DNA of 64,000 nucleotides from Eledone cirrhosa (lineage: Eukaryota), in NCBI GenBank assembly GCA_964016885.1, contig OZ024740.1, positions 307,458,001 through 307,522,000 on the forward strand. Direction: 5' to 3'. The translations under genes and the position numbers were made by a program. The notes below the pieces were generated by a model. That model made no database searches. It was not told the origin of the DNA and saw only the letters and a program-made list of their open reading frames with translations. Numbering within the stretch: the first letter of the stretch is position 1; the number at the start of each line of letters is the position of its first letter. Positions 35,580 to 48,402 of this stretch are shown here, in pieces.

Positions 35580-36722
35580 TGGCAGCGATCACTGTGTGGG
35601 GTACTAGAGCCATTCCGCAAAGACACTGACGCTATGGAGAGACTAAAAAGATTTTAGAAATATGCGAAGGAAGAAAATTGATATTCACTACAGAAGATAT
35701 AATCACTGATGCTAAAAAGAAACGTTAGTTGAGACATAGGGGTGGTGGTGTTATGGCTTTCTTCTATCATACAGGTAAAGTCAAAACAGAAGATTCATTC
35801 AACTAAGCCGTGAAAAACATCAATGATGATTTGAAAGCAACAATGAATTAGGTGTACCCCATGTACAAACACTTCCATGACATGCCTCAGGATAACAAGA
35901 AGTTTTCGGACAAGTACCCTCAGGCTTTAGAGCAAGCAATGAGATACCCACTGGATAACTACACACCAGAGCTTGGAGCCAGAGATGTCATGACCACGCA
36001 AACCTCAAGCTTCTGCCTTCGGAAGAGAGCCCTACAAGAAGGACCTGATTATAAAACAGTAGTTAAACAGGGGTATAATCTTGAGACAACTGACAAGCAA
36101 GCGGCCAGTATGTTGTAAACGAAGCCTGTGCGTTCCATTAAAACTCATTGTAAGACCCCCAACAAGACAGTTAACTATGATAGATGTAGGTATGAGAGAG
36201 AAAAAGTTCATCGTAGGGGATCATGTCCAGTTAAAGGAAAAAGATGTGGAGGTTATGGGGAAAGTGAACATTTTGCGAAAACTAAAGATTGCAGTGGAAA
36301 AAGGTCAATCCGAAAGATATCAGCTATAAAGGATCTTGTTCTGGATAACAGTGACTCAGATTCCATTGACAGCAGTGTAGACGATGATGTTGGTCGTGTA
36401 CTCATAGAATCAGTAGTCTCAGATAAAACAAGTGACGATGAAATTGTGAAAGTCTTTGTAAATGACAGGGAGACATACAAGCGAGTCAATTCTGGCTGTA
36501 GTAAGACTGATTAGAATTAGCGAGTACAAGAGACTGAATTGCAGCAGCAAACTTCGTCAGACCAATACCAAGTTCATACCTTATGAAGCAACGTAACTGC
36601 TCCCAATCAAAGGTCGTGTCAATGTAGTGTTAGGTTTGCTAAGTGATACCCAACACGATTCATGGATTTACACTGTAGATGATAAAACTGAATCTTTGCT
36701 AGGTTGTCTAGATACCCTCCAA
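35580..36722 (+). pseudogene. Degenerate Gypsy/Ty3 LTR-retrotransposon gag-protease fragment
   Basis: PBS-like TGGCAGCG at 35580; Zn knuckle HRRGSCPVKGKRCGGYGESEHFAKTKDC; protease-like VKVFVNDRETYKRVNSGCSKT (the VDSG motif), LPIKGRV and ESLLGCLD. Confidence 0.7.
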
Positions 36723-36723
36723 C

Positions 36724-36802
36724 AATACATACATACATACACACATACACACATTCATACATACGTACGTACATACACTCATACATACATACAATCGTAC
36801 GT

Positions 36803-36845
<43 letters not shown>

Positions 36846-37140
36846 ATATACATGCATACATACACACATACATACGTACGTACATATACATATATACGTA
36901 TATGCATACATACATACACACATATATACATACGTGCATACATATACATTGACACACACACAGAGGCACATACGTAAGTACATACATACACACATGCATA
37001 CATACATATATACATACGTACATATATACGTACACACATGCATACACACACACATACATACATACATACACACACATACAAACATACATACATAAATACA
37101 CACAAACGCAGGCACACCCACACAGGCACACCCACATAAG
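36724..37140. repeat. Complex (CATA)n/(CA)n/(TA)n microsatellite
   Basis: Seen directly in the sequence. Confidence 0.9.
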
Positions 37141-37562
37141 CCCCCCCCCCCTCATCTATATATATATATAGGGGGGAGGCTATATATATATATATTTATA
37201 TATATATATACATATATATGGTGGCTGCCAACTCGTTTTCGAGTACGGCCACTACTTTATATCCATGTAGGAGAACCCCTACCGATGCGCTGAACGAGTG
37301 TGACTCTTTTTAGTCCAGCCAGCAACTTGAAAACTCTGGTACAAACACTACACTTATGACAATTATTGACACATAGTGCTGGGCCCATGGTACCATGTGA
37401 CGACAAGTGCAGAGAGATCTCCAGATATAAAGCAATGCCTGTGCCGTGAAGCTTTTAGTGAGCAAAGGCACTGCACAAAGCCAGTCCCACTCTCTTAACC
37501 AAGATGATATTTACCAAAAAGAAGAACAAGTCAACATTATTGGATACCATCAGGGTATACAT

Positions 37563-37622
<60 letters not shown>

Positions 37623-37667
37623 AAGTTAAATAAAAAGTCAAATGTTTAAAATTTAGCTTCGTTTATT

Positions 37668-37722
37668 ACTGCTATATATATTTCAGTGACAGCCATCTTT
37701 GGCTGTGACCTCTTCAGGCAGT
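37668..37722 (-). ncRNA. Type I hammerhead ribozyme
   Basis: Minus strand actgc-CTGAAGA-ggtcacagcca-aaga-tggctgtcact-GAAA-tatata-TA-gcagt; perfect 5-bp stem I and long stem II. Confidence 0.8.
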
Positions 37723-37856
37723 CTGAATTAGTGTGGTATAGACAAGTACATATGTTGTTGAGGTGTATAATTTTGTCAATACTCTGATATGCCCAGTTCC
37801 TGGTTTGGTTGTTATTTCACTGAGGAACTGGAATCATATATATATATGGGGGGTTG

Positions 37857-37905
<49 letters not shown>

Positions 37906-37910
<5 letters not shown>

Positions 37911-40900
37911 GGGTATGACATTAAACTACATCCAGTGGCAAGGCTCCAGTTCGGGATTTCAGGAGCTGTGGGGAATGTGGAGTTACCCCTTAGTTGTCAT
38001 AACTCCCAGGTCTGCTCTGTCCCGGAGTAGTAGTACCTGTTAGGGCTCCATTTATGGGTTAAATAACTACCTTATTTGAGTGGCGCCGGTAAGGTATTGT
38101 CAGCCATTGAAAAGAAATATGGAGAGTCGATCTAACAGCACTAGGGTTAGAGCAGCCTAATTACACTGTCAAGGAGCAGTCTGGTCGTTATGACTCTGCT
38201 GGCTTAGAGCCACAGAGAGGACCAGTGGATGATGGATCAGCTGTCTCTGAGACAAATATAAAGAATGCAATTTTGTCCTGCAGAAGAGCCATCTGCACTT
38301 TGAATGTGAGGACTATTCGGACGGTGGAGAAGAGAGAGGAGTTGGGACATCTGTTCGAGGAGAGTGGTATACAGATACTTGCGATCCAAGAACACAGGAT
38401 CCTACACGATGAGCCCGTGAGGAGTGTGATGATTGGGAAGAGGGGTCAGCTCATTACCACATCGGCAGTGAGGAACATGGCCAATGCTGCAGTGGGAGGA
38501 GTGGGTTTTGTTTTCAGCACAAAAACCAGTCTATTGGTGAGGGAAATAATACCTGTCTCCCCGCGAGTGTTGAGGGTAACCTTCAATGGAAACCCAAAAC
38601 TGACAGTCATCTCAGCCTATAGTCCAACCGAGGGGGACAGTGATGTGAGTGCGGAAGAGTTCCATGAGGAGGTGTGTAGAGCTGTCAACACCACTCAGGC
38701 ACACAACATCCTGCTTGTTTTGGGGGACTTCAATGCACATCTGAGTAAGGAGGGCAGTGAAGATCCTTTCTGGTACTTCCATAACAACACCAACCGAAAT
38801 GGAAGACTACTAAGAACACCCTGCTGGAGGCGAACTTGATAGTGACCAACTTAAGATTTAGGAAGAATCCGGGGGAAGATGTGGACCTACATCTCAGATA
38901 TGCACCTGTCCAAGTCCCAGATTGATTTCATTCTGGTGAGGAAAAGTTGACGGAATAGTGTTCTGAACACAGAACCATACAGCTATTTCAGTACACTGGG
39001 TAGTGACCACCGGCTTGTTATGAGTGAGGTCCGGGTGAGCTTAAGAAAGAGTAAGGCTCAGCCCTGGAGTACGATCTATGAATGGGGTGCTTTCAAGGAA
39101 GATGATAAGCTACAGGAGAGGTACACAGTAGAAGTGAGGAACAGGTTCAGTGCTCTGTGTGGAGAGTCAGAGGAGAGAGAGATTGGATGGACTGAGGAGA
39201 GTGTGTCAAGAAGGTACGGGCACTTCACCAATGCAGTGGTGGAAGCAAGCGAAACTTTGGTGCCGAGGAAAAAGAATAAAAAGAAGCACGTCAGCTCTGC
39301 AAACCCAAAAGTGTGTGCAGGCAGAGAACACCTGAAAGCTCCCAAGGACCAATTCTATGCTGATCCTACGGAGGAGAGGATGGAGACTGTGGAGGTGATG
39401 AGGGAAGAACTCTGTACCGCTTACACTGAGGACAGAGAGGAGGCACTGATAGAGAAGATCAGAAGTGTGGAGAGAGCGGTTGACAGATCTGGATGTAAGG
39501 AGAGCTGGACGATCATCAACGAGATCACAGGGAGGAAGAGAAGGTGTTCGAGTCAGATCCAGGGAACGGGGCCCGAGGATAGGAAGAGGAAATGGCTAGA
39601 CCATTATAGGACCCTACTAGGAGAGCCACCCTCCACAGCTCAGAGCACTGGGGAGATCAGGCGGCTGTTTGAGGAACTGGATATTGAGACAGAGCCCTTC
39701 ACCAGAGAGGAGCTTCAGAGAGCCAAGAAGAGGATCAAGGAGGGCAAGGCCCGTGGAGAAGGTGGAGTGGCATCAGAGGTGATGAAGAGGTGTGATTTTC
39801 ATGATATCATCCTGGGGTTCTGTAACCGGGCACTGGAGAAAGAAGTTGCCCCGAATCAGTGGAGGATCAGTAACATCGTCCCAGTGCCAAAGAAGGGAGA
39901 TCTCTCAAACACCAACAACTACAGGGGGATCTCACTGACGTCACTTGTGGCAAAGACCCTCAACAGGATGATTCTTAACAGGATCCAGCCTGAGATGGAG
40001 AAGAAGCTCAGGGACAACCAGAACGGCTTCAGAGAGGGAAGATCAACCACCAGTCACATCCTGATGCCGAGGATATTAGAGGGGGCTAGAGCAAAGTGCC
40101 TTCCTGCGGTCATGGTTTTCATTGACTTTAGGAAGGCCTTTGATTCTGTGGACCGTCACTGCCTGATGAAGATCTTACAGGCTTATGGAATCCCCAAGAA
40201 GATAGTGGACCTGATATCACTGCTCTACACCAACACCAAAGCCCAAGTCATTACACCTGATGGATGACAGAGTTCTTTGAGATACTGGCTGGAGTGCTCC
40301 AGGGAGATACATTGGCTCCCTACCTTTTTATCATCGTAGTGGACTATTGTATGCGCCTTGGACTGGAGAAACACCAGGACTCTGGCTTTACTGTAGCACC
40401 GGCTCAGAGCAGGAAAGTTAAGGCGAAAAAGGTATCAGATGCTGAATTTGCCGACGACATAGTTTTGGTGACAAATACAATGAAGGGGGCAAAGGATTTC
40501 ATGCGGGAGGTTGAGACTGTGTCGATGAGTGTGGGGCTGAGAATGAATGAGACTAAAACAAAATATCTGGTAGAGAATGTTGAGAAGCCAGAGGGGATCA
40601 CTAATGTAGGCAGGAAGCCGCTAGAATTGGTTGAGGGCTTCCTGTATTTGGGATCAAAGATTGGGAATACGGAAGATGATGTGGTTGAGAGGAAGAGCAA
40701 AGCCTGGGCGGCGTGCCACAGCTTGAGATCAGTGTGGAAGTCGGACCTTCGTAAAGACCTGAAAATCCGCCTCTTCATTGCTGTTGTGGAGTCTGTGCTG
40801 CTGTACGGGTCTGAGACTTGGACACTGACCAAGAATCTCACTCAGATGGTGGATGGGTGCTACACGAGAATGCTGAGGATGGCTCTGAACATTAATCAGT

Positions 40901-41210
40901 ATACACTGAGGATGAAAAACTCAGAGCTGTATGGGAGCTTCCCAAAGGTCAGCTCAAAAGTGACACAGAGGAGACTGAGGTTAGCTGGACATGCTCACCG
41001 ACATCCAGAGTTGACATTGCACTCAGTGCTCCTGTGGGAGCCCCTACATGGACACACTAGAAGAGGAAGACCAAGGTTAACGTATATTGATGCCCTAAGA
41101 CCAGACACTGGTCTGTCGGAGACGCGGGACATGGCAGCGATAATGAGGGACAGAGACCGCTGGAGAGAACTCGTCCATGGATCTCGGGAATTTTACCCGC
41201 CTTAGATAGA
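37906..41210 (+). mobile_element. Near full-length RTE-clade LINE (APE endonuclease + RT), disrupted
   Basis: EN motifs ICTLNVRTI, ILAIQEHR, SAYSPT, LGDFNAH, QIDFILV, SDHRLV. RT motifs PVPKKGDLS..NYRGISL, QNGFREGRST, FIDFRKAFDSV, GVLQGDTLAPYLF, EFADDI, LLYGSETWTL, RGRPRLTY. Frameshifts near 38812 and 40264 and a stop at 38948. Confidence 0.92.
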
Positions 41211-41218
41211 TATATATA

Positions 41219-41641
41219 ATAATTCAAGAAAGAAGAGTAGCATGGTTGGCTGTACAATAAGGGCTGTACAATAAGGGCTTTGTTCACAGTGTTGACATCT
41301 GTATCATCTCTGTTTGTTTACCATGCTTGTTTTATCATTATATTCTATTTCTTACTTGTATTGATGTTATTGTTTTAATTATTCACCATCTAGATATTTT
41401 GTTACTGATGTTATTGTTCTGGTCTAACACCACTCTTCTATAAAAGCCATGCCTTACGTATTATCCTCATATCCACGCGCTCTGATGTATTGACTGGTTG
41501 TAAACAAAGTATTGGCGCTCGATTGACGCAACATCAAGCGATTAGCGAGCTCTAGACCTACCAGATCAACGAAACAATTGTCGACACTGAATAAAGCCCT
41601 TATTGTACAGCCAACCATGTTACTCTTCTTTCTTGAATTAT
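41219..41641. repeat. Inverted repeat element with a decayed HHR (about 41476-41587, + strand)
   Basis: taattcaagaaagaagagtagcatggttggctgtacaataaggg pairs with cccttattgtacagccaaccatgttactcttctttcttgaatta. Motif CTGATGT-attgactgg...ccagatcaac-GAAAC-aatt-GTC. Confidence 0.7.
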
Positions 41642-41808
41642 TATTACTCCAAGTATAACCTACAGAGAAATCACCGCGAACTCGCTGCATCACTATGGAA
41701 GCGTCTTGTTGAGTCAAACTAAGCCATACGTTAATACCATCCACAACACGGAGTACTCTGACTGGACTACCTCTAAGTGGATTACCTACAACGATAACTT
41801 GTTATCCC

Positions 41809-41854
<46 letters not shown>

Positions 41855-41937
41855 GGGGGGGGGCTATATATATATGTATATATATATATATAGTGACGAA
41901 ACATAAGTCAATTGCATGAACTCATGATCCTTTATTT

Positions 41938-41993
41938 ACTGCTATATATATTTCGATGATAGCCATTGAATGGCTATGAACTCACCAGGCAGT
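41938..41993 (-). ncRNA. Hammerhead ribozyme, same family as 37668-37722, variant core CTGGTGA
   Basis: Minus strand actgc-CTGGTGA-gttcatagccat-tca-atggctatcatc-GAAA-tatata-TA-gcagt. It lies downstream of a degenerate, possibly GIY-YIG-like stretch at about 42030-42310. Confidence 0.65.
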
Positions 41994-42769
41994 TAGTCAG
42001 TTCTTAGATATGCCAGCTCTGTGTTTATAGTGTTGATGGTATTAGAGCCTTGGGACATATGAGCTTAGGAATAATTTAATGTTGTCAGCAGGAATAGTCT
42101 TAATTCTCATTAGTCAGTTTGTAGATGCTAGTAGGGTTGGTATTTGACCTCAAAGAGGCAGGTGGTGTTGTAAAGTTCAAACCGTCAAGCAAGATGACAA
42201 TAGTTCCATATGACTGATTTTCACAAAAAAGCATTCCTGGTCAGATATATATTCAATTGAGGTTTATAGTATGAAAAACGATACTACAGGTCATTCTTAA
42301 TTTGAGGAATTTATGTGGGGTGGTACTACTGAAAATTATAGTTAGAGTAGAATACTAGAAAATTTACATATAAAAAGACTTATGTTGGTTGACTTGCACA
42401 TACACTCACACCCACCCCCACATCCACACATACAAATTGAGGAATCAATGTGGGGTGATAATACTGAAAATGATGGTTCGAGTCAGATACTTAGAAAGTT
42501 TAGAAATTTTAGAAATAAAAAGACTTATGTTGGTTGACTTGTACATACACTCACACCAACCCCCTCAGACACACACACATCTACACACACAAATCCATAC
42601 AGGTGTGTATATATATATGTACGCACAAGTGCATATATATATATACAACAGAGGCCCCTCAAATCCAAGTATAAGGCAGACATATAACTAGGTGGGTGTT
42701 ATTTTTAAAGAAGAGTATATATATATATATGGGGGGTTGCCTATATATATATATATATATGGAGAGTTG

Positions 42770-42824
<55 letters not shown>

Positions 42825-43136
42825 AGGCACACATATATGCAGTGCGCGTGTGTCCGTGCACAGCTAGGTAGCTTGATAGCTACTATATCATATATACAGC
42901 TATATACACACAAAGGTCGAACTGCACCTAAACATCAAAGGGGAAACATGGTATTAATATGAGTGCAACATCTGCAGTCCCCTTCCCTCACTACACCACC
43001 ATTCCCAATAAAGAAAGCTATGCTAGATCTCACGCCCACACATTCACCCCAGACTCGTTCCGCCACACAACACATGCCTATCATCGCCACCTTCTCATGC
43101 AAATGTGTGATTATCACTTCCGCTTCTCATTTTCCA

Positions 43137-43466
43137 TGTATGTATGTATGTATGTATGTATATGTATGTATGTATGTATGTGTGTGTGTGTGTATGGATG
43201 GATGTGTGTATGTATGTGTGTATGTCTGTATGTATGTATGTATGAATGTATGTATGTGTGTATGTATGTATGTGTATGTATGTATGTATGTACGTACGTA
43301 CGTATGTATGTATGTATGTATGTATGTATGTATGTATGTATGTATATGTATGTAAATGTATGTATGTATGTATGTGTGTGTGTATGGATGGATGTGTGTA
43401 TGTATGTGTGTATGTCTGTATGTATGTATGTATGAATGTATGTATGTGTGTATGTATGTGTGTGTA

Positions 43467-43501
<35 letters not shown>

Positions 43502-44282
43502 ATGTGTGTATGTATGTATGTGTGTGTGTATGAATGTATGTATGTAGATATATGTATAGGTATATAGATATATATGTATGTAAATGTATGTATGTATGTA
43601 TGCATGTATGTATGTATGTATGTGTGCATGGGTGGATGTGTGTATGTATGTGTGTGTCTGTATGTATGTATGTATGTATGTGCGTATGTGTGAATGTATG
43701 TGTGAATGTATGTATGTATGTGTGTGTGTATATGTATGGATGGATGGACGTGTGTGTGTGTATGTGTGTATGTATATATGTATGTGAGTATGTATGGATG
43801 GATGTGTGTATGTGTGTAGGTATGTATGGATGTGTGTATGTGTGTAGGTATGTATGGATGTATGTGTGTATGTGTGTATGTATGTATGTGTGTGTGTATG
43901 GATGGATGGATGAATGTGTGTGTATGTATGTATGCATGTATGTATGTGTGTATGCGTGTATGTGTGTGTATGTGTGTATGTGTGTATGTATGTAGGTATG
44001 TAGGTATGTACGTATGTATTACGTACATATGTATGTATGTATGCACGTACATACGTATGCATGTATGCATATATGTATGTATGTAAGTATGTATGTACGT
44101 ATGTACATAAGTACGTAACTACGTACGTACGTATGTATGCGTGTGTGTATGTATATTTATATACGTAGGTACGCGTGTACAAAAGTACGTATGCACCTAT
44201 GTAAGTATATATGTACGTACGTACGTATGCATACAGATATGTAATGTATGTAAGTACGTGCGGTATGAACGTACATACATAC

Positions 44283-44313
<31 letters not shown>

Positions 44314-44360
44314 TGTATGTATGTATGTATCTAACTATCTATCTATCTACCTATCTATCT
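43137..44360. repeat. 1.2-kb complex (TATG)n/(TG)n/(TACG)n microsatellite
   Basis: Seen directly; it accounts for the long HTYI/MYVC ORFs. Confidence 0.95.
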
Positions 44361-44792
44361 GCCTCTCTGTCTCTCTCACCCCCCCCTCTCTCTCTTTATA
44401 TATATATATATATATATGACTATCCATCTATCTGTTTATCTGTCTATCTGTTTTTGGTTTTCTTTCTTTCCCTTTGTATTCTTTCTACCCCCCCCCCCCC
44501 CTCATTCATGCACACCGTTCTCTTTCTTTTTCACGTCCTTCCTTCCTAGCTCTCTTCCTATCCACTTCCGTTTCTTACTGAAAACCTTCCTTCAACCCTC
44601 CCACAGCCACATGCAGGTTCATGAAAATATTTACAAGCTAGCGAAAACGCACCTCGTTATATTACAGTCCCATCCTAGTTCCGATTTTCTACACCAGTCA
44701 CGTCCTATTCATAATTCGAACCAGAACAACTCCCTATTATTACCTCATCCATTCGATTTCTTTGCAAACACACACACGCACGCGCGCACACG

Positions 44793-44935
<143 letters not shown>

Positions 44936-45048
44936 GCGAAAGAGTCGGGACCCCGACAGCTGAAATCTTGCCGTTTTAACAGCTAGTTCCAATCCCTGGT
45001 GAGTAATAGTCTAACAAGCTTTTACTGCATCCATTGTGATATATATAT

Positions 45049-45144
45049 ATAAAAGACACAGAAGTAGAAACCAACCAAACAGTGAGTGTGTTGTGTTATT
45101 AATTCTGGCAATATTATTACACAAATATGACCCTCCCCAAGTAT

Positions 45145-45150
<6 letters not shown>
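45049..45150 (+). mobile_element. Isolated 3' pLTR tip of PLE family P1
   Basis: ataaaagacacagaagtagaaaccaaccaaacagtgagt...gaccctccccaagtataacaat followed by (AT)n. Confidence 0.85.
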
Positions 45151-45203
<53 letters not shown>

Positions 45204-45326
45204 GGAGGTGAGTTTTATTGTAGTACAATAAAGCAATGCAGATATCGGATAAGAAGCACTCTACAGTTTGTGGGACTGGAGTATGCATAATATAAGATCA
45301 AAAGATGGTTAAAGGAGTTCCATATA

Positions 45327-45393
45327 TTTTATTATGCGCATTTCAAAAACAAACATCATCAAACAATAATATTTGTGTTTTCATCAGATAAAA
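45327..45393 (-). ncRNA. Type I hammerhead ribozyme in a segment of about 270 bp between two (TA)n tracts
   Basis: Minus strand ttttat-CTGATGA-aaacacaaatattatt-gttt-gatgatgtttgttttt-GAAA-tgcgca-TA-ataaaa; 6-bp stem I and palindromic stem III atgcgcat. Confidence 0.82.
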
Positions 45394-45462
45394 CAGGAGA
45401 ACATGATATGAAGGCTAAAAAACACTTGTTGATAGTGCAGTTTTAAATCAACATATCTATAT

Positions 45463-45520
<58 letters not shown>

Positions 45521-45526
<6 letters not shown>

Positions 45527-47892
45527 ATACTTGGGGAGGGTCATATTTGTGTAATAATATTGCCAGAATTAATAACACAACACACTCACTGTTTGGTTGG
45601 TTTTTACTTCTGTGTCTTTTATATCGGTTAATTTAATTTATTCGGTCCTCAATGTTAACATTGACTGACCAACGGTCAAAAATACAGATACAATATAGAC
45701 ACAAACACATATATATAGTCTAACAAAGTTCTTTCGTTGCACATCTGCAACATCGTCAGTGGTGCTATTATGTTTCCTCCCGTTGTATTGTATGCCTACG
45801 CCATCTTTATTTAGTCTGTTTATTTATTTATCTATTAGTTTTTTTTGTCTTCTCTGCGCATGCGTTTGCGTGTGTGTATAGTGTTTTCTTTGATGTGTGT
45901 TCATGTTTGGGTGACTGTGTATTGGTTATTGTATTCTATCTTAGTTTACTAGTGTGTGTTTATATGTGTTTGTTGTTATTGTGATTGTGTATGTATTTAT
46001 TTATACTTCCCTTAGGTCAGTGTTGTTTGTTTGGGTGTTGTTGTTATTCCATTCATTTTTTTCTGTTTAGCCTTGGCCTTCTAAGTTCTATTTCGCTGGC
46101 CTCTCTGATTTGCCTATCTGCTGGGTCATTTCTATGTTTAGATATTATTCTAATTTCTATGTTGTCTATGTTACCGTCGTGTTGTTGTCTGGCATGTTCG
46201 TATAGTACTATCTGCTGGATGCTTTCCATTGTGCTACGTTCTAAATTAAACTTGTTAGTGCTCTCTTGTGGCGATGTCCTTATTACTATATTGATATCGT
46301 CTACGTAACGAGAGTACATGATGAGGTCTATGGAACTCTCATCAAGGAGATCTTTGAGTCTCCATTCCCACCATACCATGAAAAGGTTGGCAACGTCACC
46401 AGCTATGCTGACGCCTATGGTTGCTCGCTCATTTTGGGTGTAGATCTTCTCGTTGAATTTGAATATGTGGCCCTTTAGGGTAGTTTTGATACTAGCCCCT
46501 ATTGCATGTGTGACCATTTTTCTTACCTGATCATTGTTTTGGGGGGTCCGTATAGCTTTGGTCCACCCAATCCACCTTCCCATGGGAGTCTTTTTTGCCA
46601 TTGAGGTTATGGTGGGGGGTCTACCTCTTATGGGTCTACTGGGGAAGAAACGTCTAAGGTCATGGCTGTCTAGGTAGTCAGTGTCATAGGTAAGTCTACG
46701 TAGGAGGCCCAGTTCGTCTGTGTCGACGTCGCAGAACTCCACCTCACTCTCAATGATCATCTCCACACATTTTTCCACAGCAAAATCAACTGCCTATTAT
46801 GCAGTTGGATAGGTTCCTGTTTTTGTTGCACTCACTGATTCTGCTGAGGAGGTCCTCTGTACTGTCACATACATCTGGGGACATCTTGATTATGGGGCAT
46901 ATAACCATTGAGAGGAAGTAGAAGATCCTGTAGTTGCTAGCTATATTTGCTCCGCATACAGGTCTTGTTGATGGTCCTGTTGTCGGGTCGTCGACTGTCT
47001 TGTGGTCTTTGCGGAGCCCATACAAGGGTGGTATGTCATTGTTAGACGCCTGGAAGTTGTTGGCAGTGCGTCTGCTTGGCTTTAGGATGTCGGTCCACAT
47101 CATCATGTGAGCGTTGAGGATTTTCTCTCTCCCATCATGTATTTGCTGTGCAATTTCGCTCGTGTTGGTGATGTGGTGTTGCATAGCCTTGATGTAGTTC
47201 GGCATGCTATCTATTGACATCCTACCGGACTTATCCGTGGGTAGACATACTACCTCACCATCCCTTGTGCGCTGATTGAGGCTAACCAAGCCTTCTACAG
47301 GTTTCCTCCCAAGTTGTTGGACCTCTGGTCTGCTCTGTCTCTTAGTATACGGGTCTACTATTTGTCTAATCTTATTTCTAGCTATGGTGAACTGTGCCTC
47401 TGTCTCGTCATCTATTTGTTGTGGTTTGCAAACCCTTTTATTAAAGGGTAACCTCGTAGGATAGATATTACCCATCTTATATGTTTTGTCAGCTGGGTTG
47501 AAGAATAGTTTCTTTAAGAGGTTGTCATTATATCTATCGTCATAGTTGTGTGTGTTGCTATTATTGTTATTATGTGGTTGTTGTTGTTCCTATCATTAGC
47601 ATTATTATTATTGTTATGATTGCTAGATGTATTGTTGCTGTGATTGTTAGATGTATTGTTGTTGTTTTCTCCACCGTTATTGTTGTGAAACATTTTTGTG
47701 AAACACTTTTCCAGCTTCGTTTTGTACTCGATAGGGTTAATCTTTTTGTAGATGGCAAATCTTGGTCGTAGCTGCAGGATTTGTTGTTCTTGTTCACTAA
47801 TTAAAGTGCTCCCATAAATATTTACTGTGTGGTCATTGGTAAATTCTTCCGGTAGTTCTACATCAGTCATAGGGATATTGTTGATGTTATCA
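45521..47892 (-). mobile_element. Second, 5'-truncated and internally deleted copy of PLE family P1
   Basis: ORFs 47514-47870, 46786-47475 and 46053-46778 are nearly identical to 22961-26012. It lacks MDVVSLYPSI and most of the thumb and GIY-YIG region. The pLTR is at about 45521-45880. Confidence 0.92.
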
Positions 47893-47920
47893 ACAACAAT
47901 AACGGTGGAGAAAACAAGAT

Positions 47921-48279
47921 TATATTAATAAAAGGAATTCCAACTTTGTCTCATTTACTCGTTTTATTTACAATCCTTTAAAATTATAATCGTATTAGAA
48001 TGAAATAGTATGGTAGAATATTAAATGTTAAGTGTTAATTGAACAAATACTTTCATGCTTTCGCAATTTTCAGGTCATATTCTGAGGTGACAGTCAAGTT
48101 TGCAATTTTCAACTGCAAACAGTTGAAAATTACTTGAAAATTACATGAAAGTACTTGTTCAATTAACACTTAACATTTAATATTCTACCATACTATTTCA
48201 TTCTATTACCATTATAATTTTAAAGGATTGTAAATAAAACGAGTAAATCAGACAACCTTGGAATTCCTTTAATTAATAT
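47921..48279. repeat. Fold-back inverted repeat (arms of about 137 bp)
   Basis: 47921-48057 is the reverse complement of 48144-48279; the spacer holds a further hairpin aattttcaactg/cagttgaaaatt. Confidence 0.88.
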
Positions 48280-48402
48280 ATATATACATATATATGGTAA
48301 ATTTCTTTAAGTCGTTTGGAAGCCTCGACAATGCAGATGGGTAAATCTCCGGGTAACAAGATCCGGTGGTGGAGAGAGAGAGATGTAAGTGGATGTACGT
48401 TG

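Noticed and set aside
43095-44284. Long ORFs (280-385 aa) of HTYI/MYVC repeats, and similar [12 protein letters not shown] ORFs throughout
   Set aside because: They are stop-free translations of microsatellites, open in several frames on both strands.
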